Part shown: positions 35,981 to 48,729 of the stretch, in pieces
How positions within the stretch are numbered: position 1 is the stretch's first letter
Layout of the letters: each line of letters opens with the position of its first letter
Assembly (NCBI RefSeq): GCF_006345805.1
Contig: NC_043019.1
Location: forward strand, 3,844,001 to 3,908,000
From: Octopus sinensis
Taxonomy: Eukaryota
Reading direction: 5' to 3'
Length of the DNA: 64,000 nt
Notes under the pieces: generated by a model
What the model was told of the DNA's origin: nothing
Seen by the model: only the letters and a program-made list of their open reading frames with translations
The model's database searches: none
Position numbers and translations under genes: made by a program

Positions 35981-38370
35981 CGTTTCCAATGAGACCATTC
36001 GTGCCCAATTTTTTTATTGTTTATTTTTAATCACCAAATTTGTCTTTTTGTCACCCTCTTTCCTACCTATCTATCTATCTATCTATCATCTATCTATCTA
36101 TCTCTGTGTTTGACTATCTGTCTGTTTGTCCACGGATATCTCTATCTGTTAATCTACTTGTTCCTGTCTTAGGAGTTTTATTCTTTTTTGTTTTCCCTTT
36201 CTATTTTTTGGGGATTCTGAACACCTATAAAAAATAACACTTCTCTTCTCTCATAGACACACTCACATACTTCTTTCATAGACTCAAACACATATACAGA
36301 CTGAAATGACAAAACGGAGACAAAAAGAAGAGTTAGGCTTCAATTCCAAGGGAGAGAAGTAATTTTTTTTTTTTTTTTTTTGAATTTACAAAAATTGTGC
36401 CAATATCATTAATTGACAAGACCAAAAATATTGATTATATAAATATATACGTGACTCAAAAACTGAAATAAAGCATGCAAGTAGAGACTGCAAATACCAA
36501 TGGAACGGCTGTCGGCTTCAAATGAATGAGTGTGTGTGTGCATATATATATATATATCCATATATATACCCTCTGTGTGAAAAGTCTGGCTGCATCCGAA
36601 AAAACATAATATTATGAAACAAAAATATACAAAAAATTTATTACACGAATCTGTTACCACCACAACAGTCAACTATTTGACGCCGAACGCGAGTTTGATG
36701 TTGAATACATCCACGAATTTTCCGCTCAGATAGCTCTTCCCAAGACTGCAAGACGGCTTCGTGCAAATTCATGCCTCGGTTCGTAAGCAAGCTACTTACC
36801 ACACTATTTTTATGGTAACGTGACAAGGAGTTAAAACTTCTATCTTGGTAAACTTTAATAAGAGAGAGATAACCAACTTTGTTAGAGATCTTTCTTCAAA
36901 CATTAAAAATTCTGCGCTACAGATAAGTCTCAAAACAAATATGTTAACGTGTATGCAGCCAGACTTTTCACACAGAGGATATATATTATTAGATGAATGG
37001 GAATAGAAGACTGATTATATAACTATGTGATAAAATTATTGAATATTTAAACCTATTACTGAAACATTGACTATATAACTAAGTGAATGAACAACTGACT
37101 ATATAAGTATTTCCAAAAGGCTTACTATATAGATATATATAATAATAATAATATTAGGGAGTAAATCCAAACTTACAGGGAAAAAATTAGATTTAGGATT
37201 AAATCTAATTTTACAGTATAAATATAAATTAAATTAGAGATAAAACCACTATTAGGCAAATCAAACAGTGAAAAACAGAGAAATAAAAATAATTATATAT
37301 ATATCAATTATTTTTATTTCTATATTTTGGTTTGTTTTTCACTGATTTGCCTAATAGTGGTTTTATCTCTAATTTAATTTATATATATATATATATTTCC
37401 TAAAAGCTGATTATATAAATACTTTCAAAAGACTGCCTGTATAATTATTTCTAAATAGCTGACTATATAATTATTTCCGAAATGCTGACTGTTGTAGATA
37501 TCTCCGAAACACGACTATATAAATATACGGCCCAAAGGCTGACTATATAAATGTGCAGCCAAAAGCTTGACCAGAAAAGTATATAAGACCACAAGACTAT
37601 ATATATATATATATATATATATAAACCACCACATGGCTCTTATGTGCCTTTAGCTGAGTCATTGAGGCCAGATGTCCAGACTGAGGATTACTGAGTGCAT
37701 TGTTTCAATTAATCTCAGGGAACCTAGGGAACAGTCTTTGCTGTCACCTAGCCTCCTCTGACTCAGTTATTTAATAATATGTATATATACCTGTATGTGT
37801 GTGTGTGTATATTATATATATATACATATATATATACATATATATATATATATGAATTAATATTTAGCAGAAGTAACAGAATCACTCAGGGTCCAAGAGT
37901 TTCATGCATTGGCAATGAAATTGTTTGACTTTTAGTCACTCTGTTGCTTCCGCTAAATATTAATAAATATATACACATACTCATGTTTTGTATTCTGTTT
38001 TTCCTGTTTGCACCAACATACCTATATATATATGTGTGTGTATGTATGTATATATGTCTGTATGTATATATATATGTATATATATATATGTATGTATGTA
38101 TGTATATATATTTATATATATATATATATATCTGTACGTATATATATATATATGTCTGTACGTATATATATATATATATATGTCTGTACGTATATATATA
38201 TATATATATATGTCTGTATATATATATATATATGTCTGTATGTATATATATATATATATGTCTGTATGTATATATATATATATATGTCTGTATGTATATA
38301 TATATATATATATGTCTGTATATATATATGTCTGTATGTATATATATATATAAATATGTGTGTGTGTATG

Positions 38371-38403
<33 letters not shown>

Positions 38404-41400
38404 TTGCATGTGTGTATACATTTATTATGTATGTAGGTAGGTGGATAGATAGAAAACAAACTGACTGGCTAAATTAAACATAAAAACTATATATATATAT
38501 ATATAAACATTGAAAAACACACAAATATTTGCACATACTTACACACACGCATACTCATAGATATACGCACACATCCATACACCCATAGAGTTGAGAGCTA
38601 CAGCTGACCCAAGAACTGGTCAAGCAGCCATTCGGTCAGTGGTATTGACGCCCTTCACATCCAATGGCCTCTGCCTTTGACTTACACAGTTAACTCTCAA
38701 TGGTTCAGTCCAAGTTCACATGGAAAACAATAGGTGCCATGAGGAGGTATTGATGCCCAGTATATCTGTATGTTGTCATTACGTTTACTAAGTTGCAATC
38801 CCTCCCATGGAGTTTAGAAAGCCACTTCAATGTATCCACCCTGAACTGTGGCCACAGCACACCCCTGGTTCCAGTCAGTATGTTTCATTGCTGATTTTAT
38901 GGATATTTCTACTTTGGAAAAATAGTCAACTGATTGACAAAAATTTGTTGCACTTGTTTGAAATAAATAAAATATTTTTAAAAAAAAACGTCTGCTATTC
39001 AAAATTTTTTTTTTTAATGTACATGTATATCTGTGTATTTGTCTTTTGATCTCATTATCATCATAATTATTCTGTGTTCGCATTATTCTGCCAAAATTAA
39101 TCCTTTTTTATCCACATTGTTTTGAACTAATCATGCATTATCTTGTAGCTATGAGATTGTGATGAAGTAGCTGTTAATTTTTAAAACGATATTGTAGGTT
39201 GGTGTGAGAGACCAGATCTGGCCAGTTTGAACATAAAACAAGCAGAATACTTTTGGCTGGATACGGCCGGTTTAAATGCTAAAGGGTTAATGTCCACTTT
39301 TCCATGTTTGCACAGACCAAGCAGAATTTGCTGAGACATATTTTCTACAGCTGGATGCTCTTCCTCTTGCCAACCCTCACCTGTTATATTTTCCCATGAT
39401 CAGGCATATTTCCTATGACAGGTTGTCCTTCTTGTGGCCAAACAAGGTAGCATTTTCTCATAGTCAGGCATATTTTCTACAGTTGGTTGCCCTTTCTTTC
39501 ACTGACCTTCACCTGTTTCCAAGCAAAGTAACATTGTCCCATGGTCAAGCATATTTTCTACTGCAGGTTGCCCATTCTTTTACCAACCCTCACCTGTTCC
39601 CAAGCAAGATAATATTTTTCCATGCTTGAGTGAGTCAGACAAATTATTTTCTACAGCTGGGTACCCTTCCTGTCACCAACCTTTGCCTGTTTCCAAGCAA
39701 GGTAACATTTTCCAGTTGTCAGGCATGTTTTCTTCAGCAGTGAAAGAAGGTTTTTTGCTCAAGAACACAACGCATCACCTGATCCAGGAATCAAAGCCAC
39801 AATCTTAGAATCTCAAATTTAATACTTTAACCTCTGAGTCATGTACTTCCACATATGTAGTATGTATGTATATATATATATATATATAGATTAGATTAGA
39901 GGTTGTGTTAACCTCATGAAGGGATGGCTTCATCCAAAGAAATACTGGTTCAATGTCTGCTATAATGAATCCATAAACATATAAAACATCCAAAGGTATA
40001 TTTTTTTCCCCTCTGAAGATATTTGGCTCAGGTCATATAGATATAGATTCAATATTTACTGAGCATTGATTGAAACAGCTGTAAAGTAAAAATCATTAAT
40101 TTGTACTTTTCAGATAATGATGAACTTACGATGTAAAGTCTTGGTTCCAAACGCAAAATATCGACTTCTACAGACGGTCTTCACAGCGGCATAAAGTGAT
40201 AGGATAAGTGTGTCACCATTGGTGGTGGCCATGTAGAGAAGGACTTATAATTATGCCAAGTTTCGTTTATCCTCGTACTTGGGAAGCGGGCCAGGGAAAA
40301 CCTTTAATGAACAATCCTCATACCTAAATTTCAGGAATGGAATTTTAAGACTAAAATTGAAAGAAGGTTTATGTTTTCTTACCCACAGGCTCCACCAGGA
40401 CTACAATCACCAGACTGTCCCCTATAGCCTTCCCCATATTACATCCTGAGAACACAACCAAGTCTTTAACTAAACCACATATATATATGAGTGACACTAT
40501 GTCGGTTACAATGACGAGGGTCCCAGTTGATTTGATCAACGGAAAGTCCTGCTGTGAAATTAACGTGCAAGTGGCTGAGTACTCCACTGACACATATACT
40601 CTTAACGTAGTTCTCGGGGAGATTTCAGCATGACGCAGGGTGTGATAGAGCTGGCCCTTTGAACTATGGAGATTACTCATGTTCGCCAGGTGAGTGGACT
40701 GGAGCAACGACACAACGCCCCAACGGGAATCGAACTAATGGCCTTACGACCGTGAGACGAATGGCCCCTTGTCACTAAGTCACGTGCCTTCAAAAACACT
40801 ATATACATATAAATGCACATATGAATACGTGCCCAAACAGGGTGTTAAAGGTTCAGGCATCTGCGCCCCTATTCAAACCCCACCAAAGAACTCCGACACA
40901 TTTATCAGCCCTACACGCCTACCAACTCCTGAAACAAGTGCTACAGTATGACCACAGTCCAGTGACTAAATCCAGTAATATGGCATAAACTAACCTCAAG
41001 GCTACGGAGAATTTTTTTAGGGAACGAGGGCAGAAGGGATGAACTGAATTATATTTCCCTCAGTACATAACTGGTACTTGCTCTATTCAGCCTGAAATGA
41101 TGAACAACTAAGTAAACTCCAGCAGGATTTTGATACCCAACATAAAAAAGGGCCATTCAAAATACAATGGCCATCAAACTACGACAGCAGCAGCTTCTGC
41201 CCTTGCCGCTGGCCCCAAGAATGCTCCTTGCCACCAAGCCACGTGCCTTCAAAAACACTATATACATATGAATGCACATGTGCATACATGCCCAAACAGG
41301 GTGTTAAAGGTTCAGGCATCTGCACCCCTTTTCCAACCCCACCAAAGAACTCCGACACATGTATCAGCCCTACACACGTACCTATTTCTTTACTACCCAC

Positions 41401-42272
41401 AAGGGGCTAAACACAGAAGGGACAAACAAGGACAGACAAACGGATTAAGTCGATTAACGACCCCAGTGCATAACTGGTACTTTTTTAATCGACCCCGAAA
41501 GGATGAAAGGCAAAGTTGACCTCGGCGGAATTTGAACTCAGAACGTAGCAGCAGGCGAAATACCGCTAAGCATTTCGCCCGGCATGCTAACGTTTCTGCC
41601 ACAACCCCTTAACACCCTACAGATATTTCTACCCAACAGATTTGCCTTCTTATAATCAAACAGAAGAATTTTGACACCAAGGGACGTAACTCTTAGTAAA
41701 TTCCACAATTCTTTTCCATAACTTCATTTCGTCCCTTCCTTTTACAACAACCAGAAACCAAATTTTGTCACCTCCTGCCACAAGGAACAGTCGAATATTT
41801 ATTCTATGCCTTCCATCTCTGACTCGGAAACACATGTGTTTTAGATAACCATCCAGCTATCCAATATCTGGTTATCTGACGATAATTTTTACATTAAACT
41901 GAATATTTTTTCTCGAGTATTTATTTACTATTTTTCGTTTTTGGATTTGGTTCGCAAGATTCTTTATATGAGTTCGTATGTTGAAGCATATTCTATTGTG
42001 TCTGAGGAGAGTCATTTCCTTTTTCTGCCTTATTATGTAACACACTCACCGGTAAAATTTCCACGTTTTTCTTATTTTTATTGTCCTAAAATTTTCGTTG
42101 CGTCTTGCAACCTTTTAAATAGTTTTATTTATTATACTTTAACAAGAACAGCTTCGAAGTCTCGGATTGCTTATCCTTCATCAGACTGTGATATGTTTGA
42201 GTTCATCTATTAAACTGCCCACAGCTATAATGTAGTCAATCATACCAAAAATGTAAAATCATAAACCATTCT

Positions 42273-42593
42273 TTATTCTACAATCTTTAATCGTTGTTGA
42301 ATATCGATTTCATATAAATTAGATCGCAGTCCGCAAAGTTTATGAATATAATTCTCTTGAGAACAATTCAAATATTGCCTGAAACTCTTACAATGATTAC
42401 AAAGAACTGGGACTGAGTCCATGAGGAGTCCAGCTCGTTCTTCCTTTTGGTTGAGTTTATCTACCAGGAGTATTTTCAAGGAGTGGTACTTGCCAATAGC
42501 ATTGGAATATCGTAGCTTCTGTTTCTCATTTACACTTCGTTTCAATAGTTGTCTTATTTGGTTCAAAAGATTCTCCAAATGAAACAGCTGGTT
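42273..42593 (-). CDS. TPR gene terminal exon g
   Basis: ttctttttatttctag|AAC CAG...GAA TAA; 107 codons, phase 0 matches exon f. Exons z+a1..g sum to 1371 nt = 457 codons with no internal stop. Confidence 0.8.
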   Translation of the reverse strand, partial: NQLFHLENLLNQIRQLLKRSVNEKQKLRYSNAIGKYHSLKILLVDKLNQKEERAGLLMDSVPVLCNHCKSFRQYLNCSQENYIHKLCGLRSNLYEIDIQQRLKIVE

Positions 42594-43034
42594 CTAGAAA
42601 TAAAAAGAAAGTGAAATTAATATATGTATTCTAGAAATCCGTTCCCTAATTGAGTCGTCACGAGCTGCCTCGCTCAGTTGTCGCCAAGTAACTACTTGGT
42701 TGAGTCGTCACCGACTGATTTTTACTTGGGGTGTTCTTGCTTTATAACTATCCAGAAGGATAGATATATCATTGAGAACAATAGGTTTAGATGGTGGTCT
42801 TGTTATCTCTATTCTAGCTTTTAGTGAAGTAGAAGAGGTTAGAAAGAATCAAGTAGTGATGACAATATTTCGGCCTAGCTAAATGCATCTGGAAAATGTA
42901 AAACTGCTGTCTGAGAAAAACCATTCTTCCACCGTGGGAACAGTTCTTTTGCAGTTTTAATTTATACTTGGCTATGGTGGATCGAATCCACTTCATGTAT
43001 GCAAGATCCACTACATATATCTATCTATCTATCT

Positions 43035-43186
<152 letters not shown>

Positions 43187-43239
43187 GTAAGAAGGGTGTT
43201 GGTAGTAATTCCATATCTTGTCTCCAGTACAAGCTTTGA

Positions 43240-43495
43240 ACACATAAGGGGTGTAGCACTATCAAAGGAAGGTTAATGGAGAATTTAGTCTTTAGGTGTG
43301 GCGAATGCGCAGTTGCAAAAAGCACTAAAGCTATGCAGGCAATAGGTTCCCTCAAATGCTTGGGTGGATCATTAGAAGTAGTAGATAGCTTTTGTTACCT
43401 AGGGGACCAAGTTAGCAGTGGGGGAGGGAGTTCTGAGAGTGCAGTTGCTAGGATAAGAATGGGCTGGGTGAAGTTGAAAGAGCTTCCATCATCAG
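43240..43495 (+). mobile_element. RTE LINE post-RT fragment
   Basis: [39 protein letters not shown]. Confidence 0.78.
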
Positions 43496-43606
43496 TCCAT
43501 CGATTAATCCATCAATTAACAAATTCAACAACCAATCCATCAATCAATCCATCAATCAATCCCACCATCAATCAACTATTAAAACATATGTGAGGATTAA
43601 CCATAC

Positions 43607-43871
43607 CTGAGGGTTTTCCAAATTGAGATAAACCAGGTGTTCTAAAGCCATTGAGAAAACTTCAACCTCTGATACGCTGCTCAACAAATGGTCACTGTTA
43701 CTTTCCAACATGTCCTTGAAATACTTCTTGGCATTTTCGAATTCCTCTTTCAGCAGATAGCAGTGAGCAATTGCGTGAATGACCTTTATCTTTCCAATGA
43801 AATTTGGGTTTATCTGGTTGTAGATATCCAAAGCGTCATGAAAATATGTCAGGCTGTTGGAGATTAGATGC
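43607..43871 (-). CDS. TPR gene exon f
   Basis: cttcttattccag|G CAT...CCT CAG|gtatgg; HLISNSLTYFHDALDIYNQINPNFIGKIKVIHAIAHCYLLKEEFENAKKYFKDML...ENPQ; phase 2 to 0. Confidence 0.87.
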
Positions 43872-43914
43872 CTGGAATAAGAAGATGACCGTAGTGGCTT
43901 GATGATGAGATTGT

Positions 43915-44556
43915 GTCCAAAGTGGTTGTGGTGGTGGTTGAGGTCGTGGTGGTTGTGGTGGTTGTGGTGGTGGTGGTGGTTGTGGTGGTGATGGTGGTGG
44001 TTGTTGTGGTTGTGGTGGTGGTTGTGGTGGTGGTGATGGTGATGATGGTGGTGGTTATGGTGGTGGTGGTGGTTGGGGTGGTGGTGGTGGTGGTGGTGGT
44101 GGTGGTGGTGGTAGTGGTGATGGTGGTGGCGGTAGTTGTGGTGGTAGTGGTGGTTGTGGTGGTGGTTGTGTTGGTTGTGGTGGTGGTGGTGGTGATGGTA
44201 GTGGTGATGGTGGTGGTGGTAGTTGTGGTGGTAGGGGTGGTTGTGGTGGTGGTGGTGATGGTTGTGGTGGTGGTGGTAGTTGTGGTGGTAGTGGTGGTTG
44301 TGGTTATGGCGGTAGTGGTTGTGGTGGTGGTGGTGGTGGTGTGGTGGTGGTGGTGGTGGTGATGGTGGTGGTGGTTGTGGTTGTGGTGGTGGTGGTTGTG
44401 GTTGTGGTGGTGGTGGTGGTGGTGGTAATGGTGGTGGTGGTGGTGGTAATGGTGGTGGTGGTGGTAGTTGTGGTGGTATTTGTGGTGGTGGTGGTTGTGG
44501 TGGTGGTGGTGGTGGTAGTTGTGGTGGTGGTGGTTGTGGTGGTGGTGGTGGTGGTT
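43915..44556. repeat. (GGT/GTT)n trinucleotide tract in TPR intron e-f
   Basis: Direct reading; the poly-Val/Gly/Trp ORFs are artefacts. Confidence 0.95.
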
Positions 44557-45169
44557 GGCAGATAAAAACTATATCAGAGTGAAAATGAAATAAAAGCCAA
44601 AAAAAATATTTTGCTAGATACCTGTTATCTTGTATTTGCTTTAGTCATTACAATGCGGCCATGCTGGGGCATTGCCCGGAAGAACTTTTTAGTCAAAGGA
44701 ATTGACCCCACTACTTACTTTTTAAAGTCTGGTACTTGTTCTATCAGTCTCTTTTGCTGAACCGCTAAGTTACAGGGACATAAGCACACCAGTACCAGTT
44801 GTCAAGTGGTGACAGGGGACAAACACAGACACAAAGACACACACATGTAGATATATGTAGACTGACTACTTGACTGACGCCCTTGAATTCCTACATCACA
44901 GTATTTGTAATGACTAGCACATACCACTTGTTGTTCCATTATTACCATTATCCCCATAACATTTCCCCTTTTAAGTTTTTCTCTTTTTTCTTAGGGAGTA
45001 TAATTTTATTTCTTTTATTAGTAATAAATTTTACCTCACCCCACCTTCCATTTTTGAGTTTTTTTCAATATAGTAACGCATCTAATTTTTCATTTGGCAT
45101 CCACTTCCAGGAACTCCATACATTTTCTTTTTCTTTCACTTGTACATCTTGTACTATTATTTCACTTGT

Positions 45170-45535
45170 ACTATTATTACAAGGATGTTTGCAAAAGGAA
45201 CATGAAGGCCTGTAACATCAATATTAGCGGTTGGGAGGCAGTTGCCGGCAACCGTGGAGAATGGCGACGTACCGTAAGAGAGGGAATACAAAGGAGTGAC
45301 AGAGAGAGAGAGAGGAGAAATGGAAAGAAAGGAAGAGACGTAAACAAGAGACTATGGCACTACAACCAGCCAGGAACAGTCTTCGCTACATTTGCGGCAC
45401 CTGCCAGAGGGAGTGTTTGTCCAGGATAGGACTACACAGCCACAGCAGGAAATGTATCAGGACATGAAATATAAAAGCCGGACTAGACTACTTTATGCGC
45501 AACTCCATTGTCTCCCGAGACAAAAAGGATGCCAA
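45170..45535 (+). mobile_element. RTE (BovB-like) LINE 3' fragment
   Basis: KDVCKRNMKACNINISGWEAVAGNRGEWRRTVREG. Confidence 0.72.
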
Positions 45536-45589
45536 CCAACCAAACTATTATTTATAGTGGTGTTGATACTTGAAAAGTATAACATAACC

Positions 45590-45810
45590 ATTCCAATGGT
45601 TCATCCATTCCCTTGGGTTTGCTCTCAAAGACTCTTTTGTTTTAGATTTATGTGTGTCTTGTATTCCCATTCTCTTTCTTTTACCAAGTATAGCATTTTC
45701 CCTATGTGTTTGGTAATCACACCATCTTCCCAACTTTGTTTCCCATTCTTATATACCCAAACAAACACATTTTCACCAATTTTAAAATATTTTGCTGTAT
45801 TATCCATTTC
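45590..45810 (-). mobile_element. Gypsy-type integrase C-terminal remnant
   Basis: FKIGENVFVWVYKNGKQSWEDGVITKHIGKMLYLV...YKTHINL resembles the C-terminal region of Gypsy integrases. Confidence 0.55.
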
Positions 45811-45821
45811 AAAGTACTAAC

Positions 45822-45933
45822 ATTCTCAAATACACATCGCTAATGTAACGCAATACCAAGGAGGTGTCCATGTGTAGCCATCTATGCTTCTTTTGGATAT
45901 CCTTGGCACTGAACAGGAGTTGTAGTGCTTTAC
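45822..45933 (-). CDS. TPR gene exon e, downstream copy (e1)
   Basis: ctttctccag|GT AAA...AGA AT|gttagt; KALQLLFSAKDIQKKHRWLHMDTSLVLRYISDVYLR; phase 1 to 2. Confidence 0.83.
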
Positions 45934-46395
45934 CTGGAGAAAGAAGGAGAAATATTAACTTCAAAGTTTGGCACAAGACCAGCAATTTTGGAGAGGGGGT
46001 AAGTTGATTACATCAACCCCAGTGTTAGACTGGTACCTGCTTTAATGACCCCGAAAGGATGAAAGGTAAAGTCATGTTGATTGTATGAAATATTGGTTTC
46101 AAATTATGGCACTGGGTTAGCAAGTTCAGGGGAGGGGTGTAAGTTGATTACATTGACCCCCAGTATACAACTGGTACTTATTTTATTGACCTCAGAAGGA
46201 TGTAAAGCGAAGTCAACCTTGACAGAATTTGAACTCAGAACCTATAAACAGACAAAATACCACTAAGAACTTTGCCCAACATGTTCGTAATTCTGATAGT
46301 TCACCATCTTAAGAAGGAGAAATGTTAATAAAGAAATCAAACAAATATTTTAAGTAGTTTTAGATTTTACTTACAACTTAAGACTATTTACTTAC

Positions 46396-46539
46396 TGTGT
46401 CTTCCATACTCTCGGGATAATAGCTTTGCTACATTACAGTACGATATCACAGATAACTTTGGATTTACATTAACAATTTTCAATCTTTCACTAAGTGCAG
46501 CATTATAAAATTCAAATGCTTTGTGACATTGTGAACCAT
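46396..46539 (-). CDS. TPR gene exon d, downstream copy (d1)
   Basis: tttcaacag|AT GGT...CAC A|gtaagt; GSQCHKAFEFYNAALSERLKIVNVNPKLSVISYCNVAKLLSREYGRH; TPR-like. Confidence 0.88.
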
Positions 46540-46968
46540 CTGTTGAAAGAGAAAATGAAATAATATAAACGTAATATTTACCTATGGCCAGAGATGCTTT
46601 CACAGAAGACTGTAAATGAACAACACTGCATGGATGACAGTGACATTCGTTTACAACTATCATGCAAAGTCAAGGTAGGGAGATAGCAACACACTCATAA
46701 ACACAAACGCACAAACACACACACACACACACACACACAAATATATGGCTTTTATCAGTTTCTGTCAACCACATCCACTCACACAAATTGATTTGGTTGG
46801 CTCAGGGCCATAGTGGAAACCATCTACCCAAGGTGCCATGCAGTGGGACTGAACTCAAAACCATGTTATTGGGAAACAAAATTCTTCACCATACAGCCAC
46901 ACCTGTGCTTAAACAGAAAGTAACAAAATATTTAGGGGAAAAAAGGGGGCTGGTGGTACCATACTTAC

Positions 46969-47082
46969 TCCTTTCGTAATTAACACCCATTGTATTCAGC
47001 ATTTTAGATAAAACAGGATTACTCGAGCCTGACATTTTCTTTAAGTTTTCTGTTAATATTTTCTCACATTTATCATAATAAC
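46969..47082 (-). CDS. TPR gene exon c, downstream copy (c1)
   Basis: (ttc)n ttttacag|GT TAT...AGG A|gtaagt; YYDKCEKILTENLKKMSGSSNPVLSKMLNTMGVNYER; 114 nt, phase 1 to 1. Confidence 0.87.
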
Positions 47083-47256
47083 CTGTAAAAAAAAGGAAGA
47101 AGAAGAAGAAGAAGAAGAAGAAGAAGAAGAAGAAGAAGAAGAAGAAGAAGAAGAAGAAAAAAAAAGAAAAAGAAGAAGAAGAAGAAGATATAAACACACT
47201 TACCTTTGGCATACCTGGACAGTTGAACGTTAAACATGTTCACACAGTCACACTCG

Positions 47257-47690
47257 ATGAGAGGTTACTGAAAAGTTCCTGACTGTAAGGATATCACAAA
47301 AAGCCTGTTTCAAGATCCAATCTTCCCAGCTCTTTTACAGGATTTAGAAAAACTGAAGGACCACTACACCAAGAGGGGAATATGTTGAGTAAAATCATAA
47401 TTAGCTGATACTCCTGCACTTCCCTTGACTCAAAGCCAGGAACTTTTCAGCGTCCTCTTGTATGTATATAATCACATGTTTTATGAGGAGGTGCTGAAAA
47501 GTTCCTGGTTTTAAGGATATCGTGGGGCCCAACATTTTGAGTTCTTTTACAGGACTTAAAAAAACTGAAGGACCAATACAGCAAATGTGAGAATCTGCAA
47601 GGGGAATATGTTGAGTAAAATCATAATTAACTGATCCTCCTCTATTTTCTTTAACTCAAAGCCAGGAACTTTCTCAGCGTCCCCTAATGT
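47257..47690. mobile_element. Two adjacent ~200-bp mariner-type MITEs (paralogous pair at ~56540-57140)
   Basis: TIRs GAGGxGGTGCTGAAAAGTTCCTGG / CCAGGAACTTTTCAGCGTCCxCT; present in both copies of the TPR duplication, so they predate it. Confidence 0.65.
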
Positions 47691-48615
47691 GCATACATTT
47701 AACAACCACATGACAGAATCTATAATGTAGTCTTCAGCCTTGCATACATGGTACATGTGGGGCTATGGGTCTGTGGATTGTACCTAGTCTTGCAGTCAGA
47801 GATGCACATAGTCAGGAGACAGGCCTCTGACTAAACAACAACAACAACAACAACACCATCAGCATGTAGCCGGATGATGTCAGAATAAAAGACGAGATTT
47901 GATTCACATTTGGTCATAGGTCTACTGGATTGGGGCCTAGCCTGGGGTTAAATAACGAACAACTACCATTTGTAACAACCACAACCACAATGATGACCAC
48001 CACTACTACTACTCTTACATATCTTCTCATGCATGGCAATTATTTTTTATTTTTCCCCCTTTTTTGAGTTACACCAACTCATAAGGGCCAGTTTCCCAGT
48101 TTCCACGACGTAAATATTTCTCAGCTGGATGGGACACCAGTCCATCACAGGATAATTCACTTTTTGCCAGCTGACTGGAGCAACGAAAAAATGAAGTGTT
48201 TTGTTCAAGAACACTACACATCGCCCAGTCCAGGAATTGAAACCACAATCTTATGATCATGAGTCTAACACTAAGACCTGTGCTTTCACTCATGGCAACT
48301 ATTACCAGACACAAACACAATCTGTCACATATTACACATGACCACAACTGCAAATCAACAAAGAAGCCTCTATGTGGTGACTCAACTTGCTAGAAATAGA
48401 TAACAATCAAAATTTCCCCTGCAAATCACTGCCTTATTAATAAAAGGGCACATTAGACAATGTACCCCTTGTTTCCCTACACATAAGAAAAAGGATTGAC
48501 TTTTTACAGCTGGTAGACGTTTGATCATAGATTTGCTCAACAAGTGCTGACCTGGGGCCAAATAAAACCACCACCACCACCATCACCACCATGAGAGACA
48601 TAATACAGTTATTAC

Positions 48616-48725
48616 CAACAAATGAGAGGTTGTAGGCCAGGGTAGAGGCACATTTGATCTTCGCATCCTGCACCATCTGTGGGCTCGCATCATTAACAGT
48701 CATGTTGTAACCCATTTCTGCAAAA
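48616..48725 (-). CDS. TPR gene exon b, downstream copy (b1)
   Basis: atcag|T TTT GCA GAA ATG GGT TAC...GTT G|gtaata; gives EALNFAEMGYNMTVNDASPQMVQDAKIKCASTLAYNLSFVG; phase 2 to 1; polypyrimidine tract is poor. Confidence 0.75.
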
Positions 48726-48729
48726 CTGA

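Noticed and set aside
36641-36826. Tc1-like transposase tail (LHEAVLQSWEEL...CGGNRF)
   Set aside because: Short, partly built from a SINE head, and no TIRs found; too weak to call.
37681-37740. CTGAGGA...CTCAG GGAAC CTAG as a hammerhead
   Set aside because: Core positions are wrong (GGAA, no NUH).
38585-38900. Possible exon of a third gene in the intergenic region
   Set aside because: Short open frames with no recognisable motif or paired splice sites.
40781-41375. ~140-bp direct repeats as LTRs of a TRIM
   Set aside because: No TG...CA ends, PBS or PPT; homology extends into the flanks, so this is a local duplication.
42660-43011. Extra TPR exon (ORF 42814-43011 or the alternative open frame 42660-42850)
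   Set aside because: No phase-compatible stop-free exon; f joins g directly in phase 0.
43913-44582. Poly-Val/Gly ORFs and the IY/CV-rich ORFs throughout the window
   Set aside because: Translations of microsatellites.
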